A stretch of DNA of 64,000 nucleotides from Dipteris shenzhenensis (lineage: Eukaryota). Positions 62,011 through 64,000 of this stretch are shown here, one piece after another. The position numbers and the translations under genes were made by a program. The notes beneath the pieces are model-generated. The model did not search any database and had not been told where the DNA came from. It saw only the letters and a list, made by a program, of their open reading frames with translations. Every line of letters begins with the position of its first letter. Position 1 is the first letter of the stretch. The DNA is taken from the NCBI GenBank assembly GCA_047967505.1, contig CM106538.1; one strand, given 5' to 3'.

Positions 62011-64000
62011 TCCATATGGTGTAAATTTGCAAGATCTTCTTGGAAACCAGTAGAGAGGGTCAGCAATCCTTGCAAGATTGACTCCAGAAGCTAGCTACCT
62101 CAAGCGATCCTAAAGCTCTCTTTCCACTGTTCAATATCAAGGGAAATAGGAAATTGTCGAAATGGAAGCATCTACATAATGACCAGAGGAAGAGAAACAG
62201 GACAATGCTAGATATTGAAAATGTTCCTATTTATGCTTGCAATCCTTGTGAGATGGGATGGGAAATGATGTGTTGCCACTACTACTGCTTGGATGCAGAT
62301 GAAACCAAGGCCTTGGCAAGGACGATCTGTTGTTGCAAATGGCTAATGAGCAATGGACAAGTGAGGGTGACATGTGGATGCTCGTGGCTACACAGATGAG
62401 GAGTGATTTGTTGCGACGATTCATGTAAGGAATGATTTGTTGTAGAGATGATCTAGGAAAGGATCGAAGAAATGATTTGATTTGTGGCAATGAGCAAGGG
62501 CGATGAGCAGCTGCGCAGGTACTCATGACGATAGGTAGGCTACAAAAAGCAAAGGTAGGGTTCCTAATTTTTTACTAAGGTTTCTCTAATTTTTAATTGC
62601 TTGCCCTTTAGGTAGGCAAAGTAAAAAATTTAACCTTTTTATTGTTAGGGTAGGCAGGGTCTTCCCTCCCTATGACAAACCAATAGGCAGGTAGCCATCC
62701 CTTTTCTAAAGAATAGCAATCCTATGTGTATATATAAAAATGACCAAATTCATCACCTTGTCATTGGACCAAAATTCTTATGTGCATATATAAAAATGAC
62801 AAACATTTTTCCCATTTCCCTTTTTCATTTGACAACTTTTTTTTGGGAGCATTCTTAATGTTGTTCCAACTTTTTCTCCATCTTCTCCTCTTTCCTATTG
62901 CGAATTCTCTTTTTAAAGCAAAAAATCCCTTCATGGTAGGCACTTGAACACGGTTCAATTTTTTTTCTTTTTAATAAAACATGCCCGATTATTAAGAGAG
63001 GGGGGCCTATAGGAAAAAAATTTCGGATGGAATCAAACATATGTTAAAAATCAAAAGGCTTGTGTTGGTCCGTCTATTGAGACTAAGCCTATTGATTGTT
63101 AATATATGTTTGATTTCATCATGAGGAACCTGCTACATGTTTTTATTATACAAATTCTTTTATAAAGATTCTTCTCTTGATTTTATAAAGTTTTTTAATA
63201 AAATAAACATAAGTAGTTAGATGTTTGGATATGTCAAAAATATGTATATATTTCATTACATGCATTTAGATATACATTAATGAATACATAAAGAAACTCA
63301 TCTAAGTACAAATGCATATACCTTTTAAAATATATAGTCAAATATAATCTATAAATATAAACATATAAACATACAAATAGAATCTATAGATCTAAACATA
63401 TATACATAATTTAGCTGGATATAAAACAGAGTGTATACTTAGATGTAAAAATTATATTACATACATATCTAGACACTCAAATAGATTTGACTGCCTAGTC
63501 AAAACTTCCACATGCTTTTTGATTGGGTGGGCTCATTAGATTTAGCCAGAAGGTCAAAATGTTTCCAATTCTTGTTTAGAACACCACTCAAGATTATGTT
63601 TGGACAACTCACAAAGATTTGGCCACAAGGTCAAAACTTTGTGAGGGTTGCCAAACTATCCTTGGGAGATGCCCTCAAGAACAAGATGTTGAAAAAGTAT
63701 AGACCTTGTGGCCAAAACTTTCCACGAACTTACAATGATTATCTCACTAGAATAACTTTTGTCTCATGAAGATTTTGTCGCAGGTTTAAAGCTTTTCCTC
63801 AACTTGTTCATAATATTTTGCCATAAGGTCAAAACTTTTCCACATGCACACATATAAATACATACATTGACACTTGACCGCCTGGTCAAACCTTCCATAT
63901 GCTTTTTTATTGTGTAGACAAGCCTCTTAACCTCATGAAGGCCAGAACTTATTCTCCATAGATATTTGGCTCATAACATTTGGCGACAAGCTCAAAATGT

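Noticed and set aside
60008-62075. Many overlapping 100-220 aa ORFs
   Set aside because: Artefacts of the stop-poor minisatellite, open in several frames on both strands.
1-64000. tRNA or rRNA genes
   Set aside because: Only short tRNA-complementary primer-binding sites were seen; no cloverleaf or rRNA-like sequence was recognised.

Overview
Repeat-rich eukaryotic DNA, very probably from a land plant (CYP71-clan P450 with its conserved intron, tRNA-Met-primed Ty1/copia elements, many CAG>TAG and CGA>TGA stops). Only one apparently intact host gene is present, a two-exon cytochrome P450 (53387-51683, minus strand). The rest is nested transposable elements: two complete copia LTR elements with target-site duplications (8915-14423; 20074-26226), two partial relatives, Athila-like Gypsy remnants, a decayed Sola2-type transposase next to a RING-like gene and a 185-bp tandem array with 5-mer higher-order structure, several MITEs and a 2-kb palindromic minisatellite. 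The most striking object is an 11.35-kb DNA transposon (39513-50866; 30-bp TIRs, GTGT 4-bp TSD). It carries a RAG1/Transib/Chapaev-like DDE transposase, a histone H3/CENH3-like fold that continues in frame into a Ulp1/SENP-type cysteine protease, and two further spliced genes of unknown function. This copy is pseudogenised. All assignments were made by eye from motifs and no database search was run.
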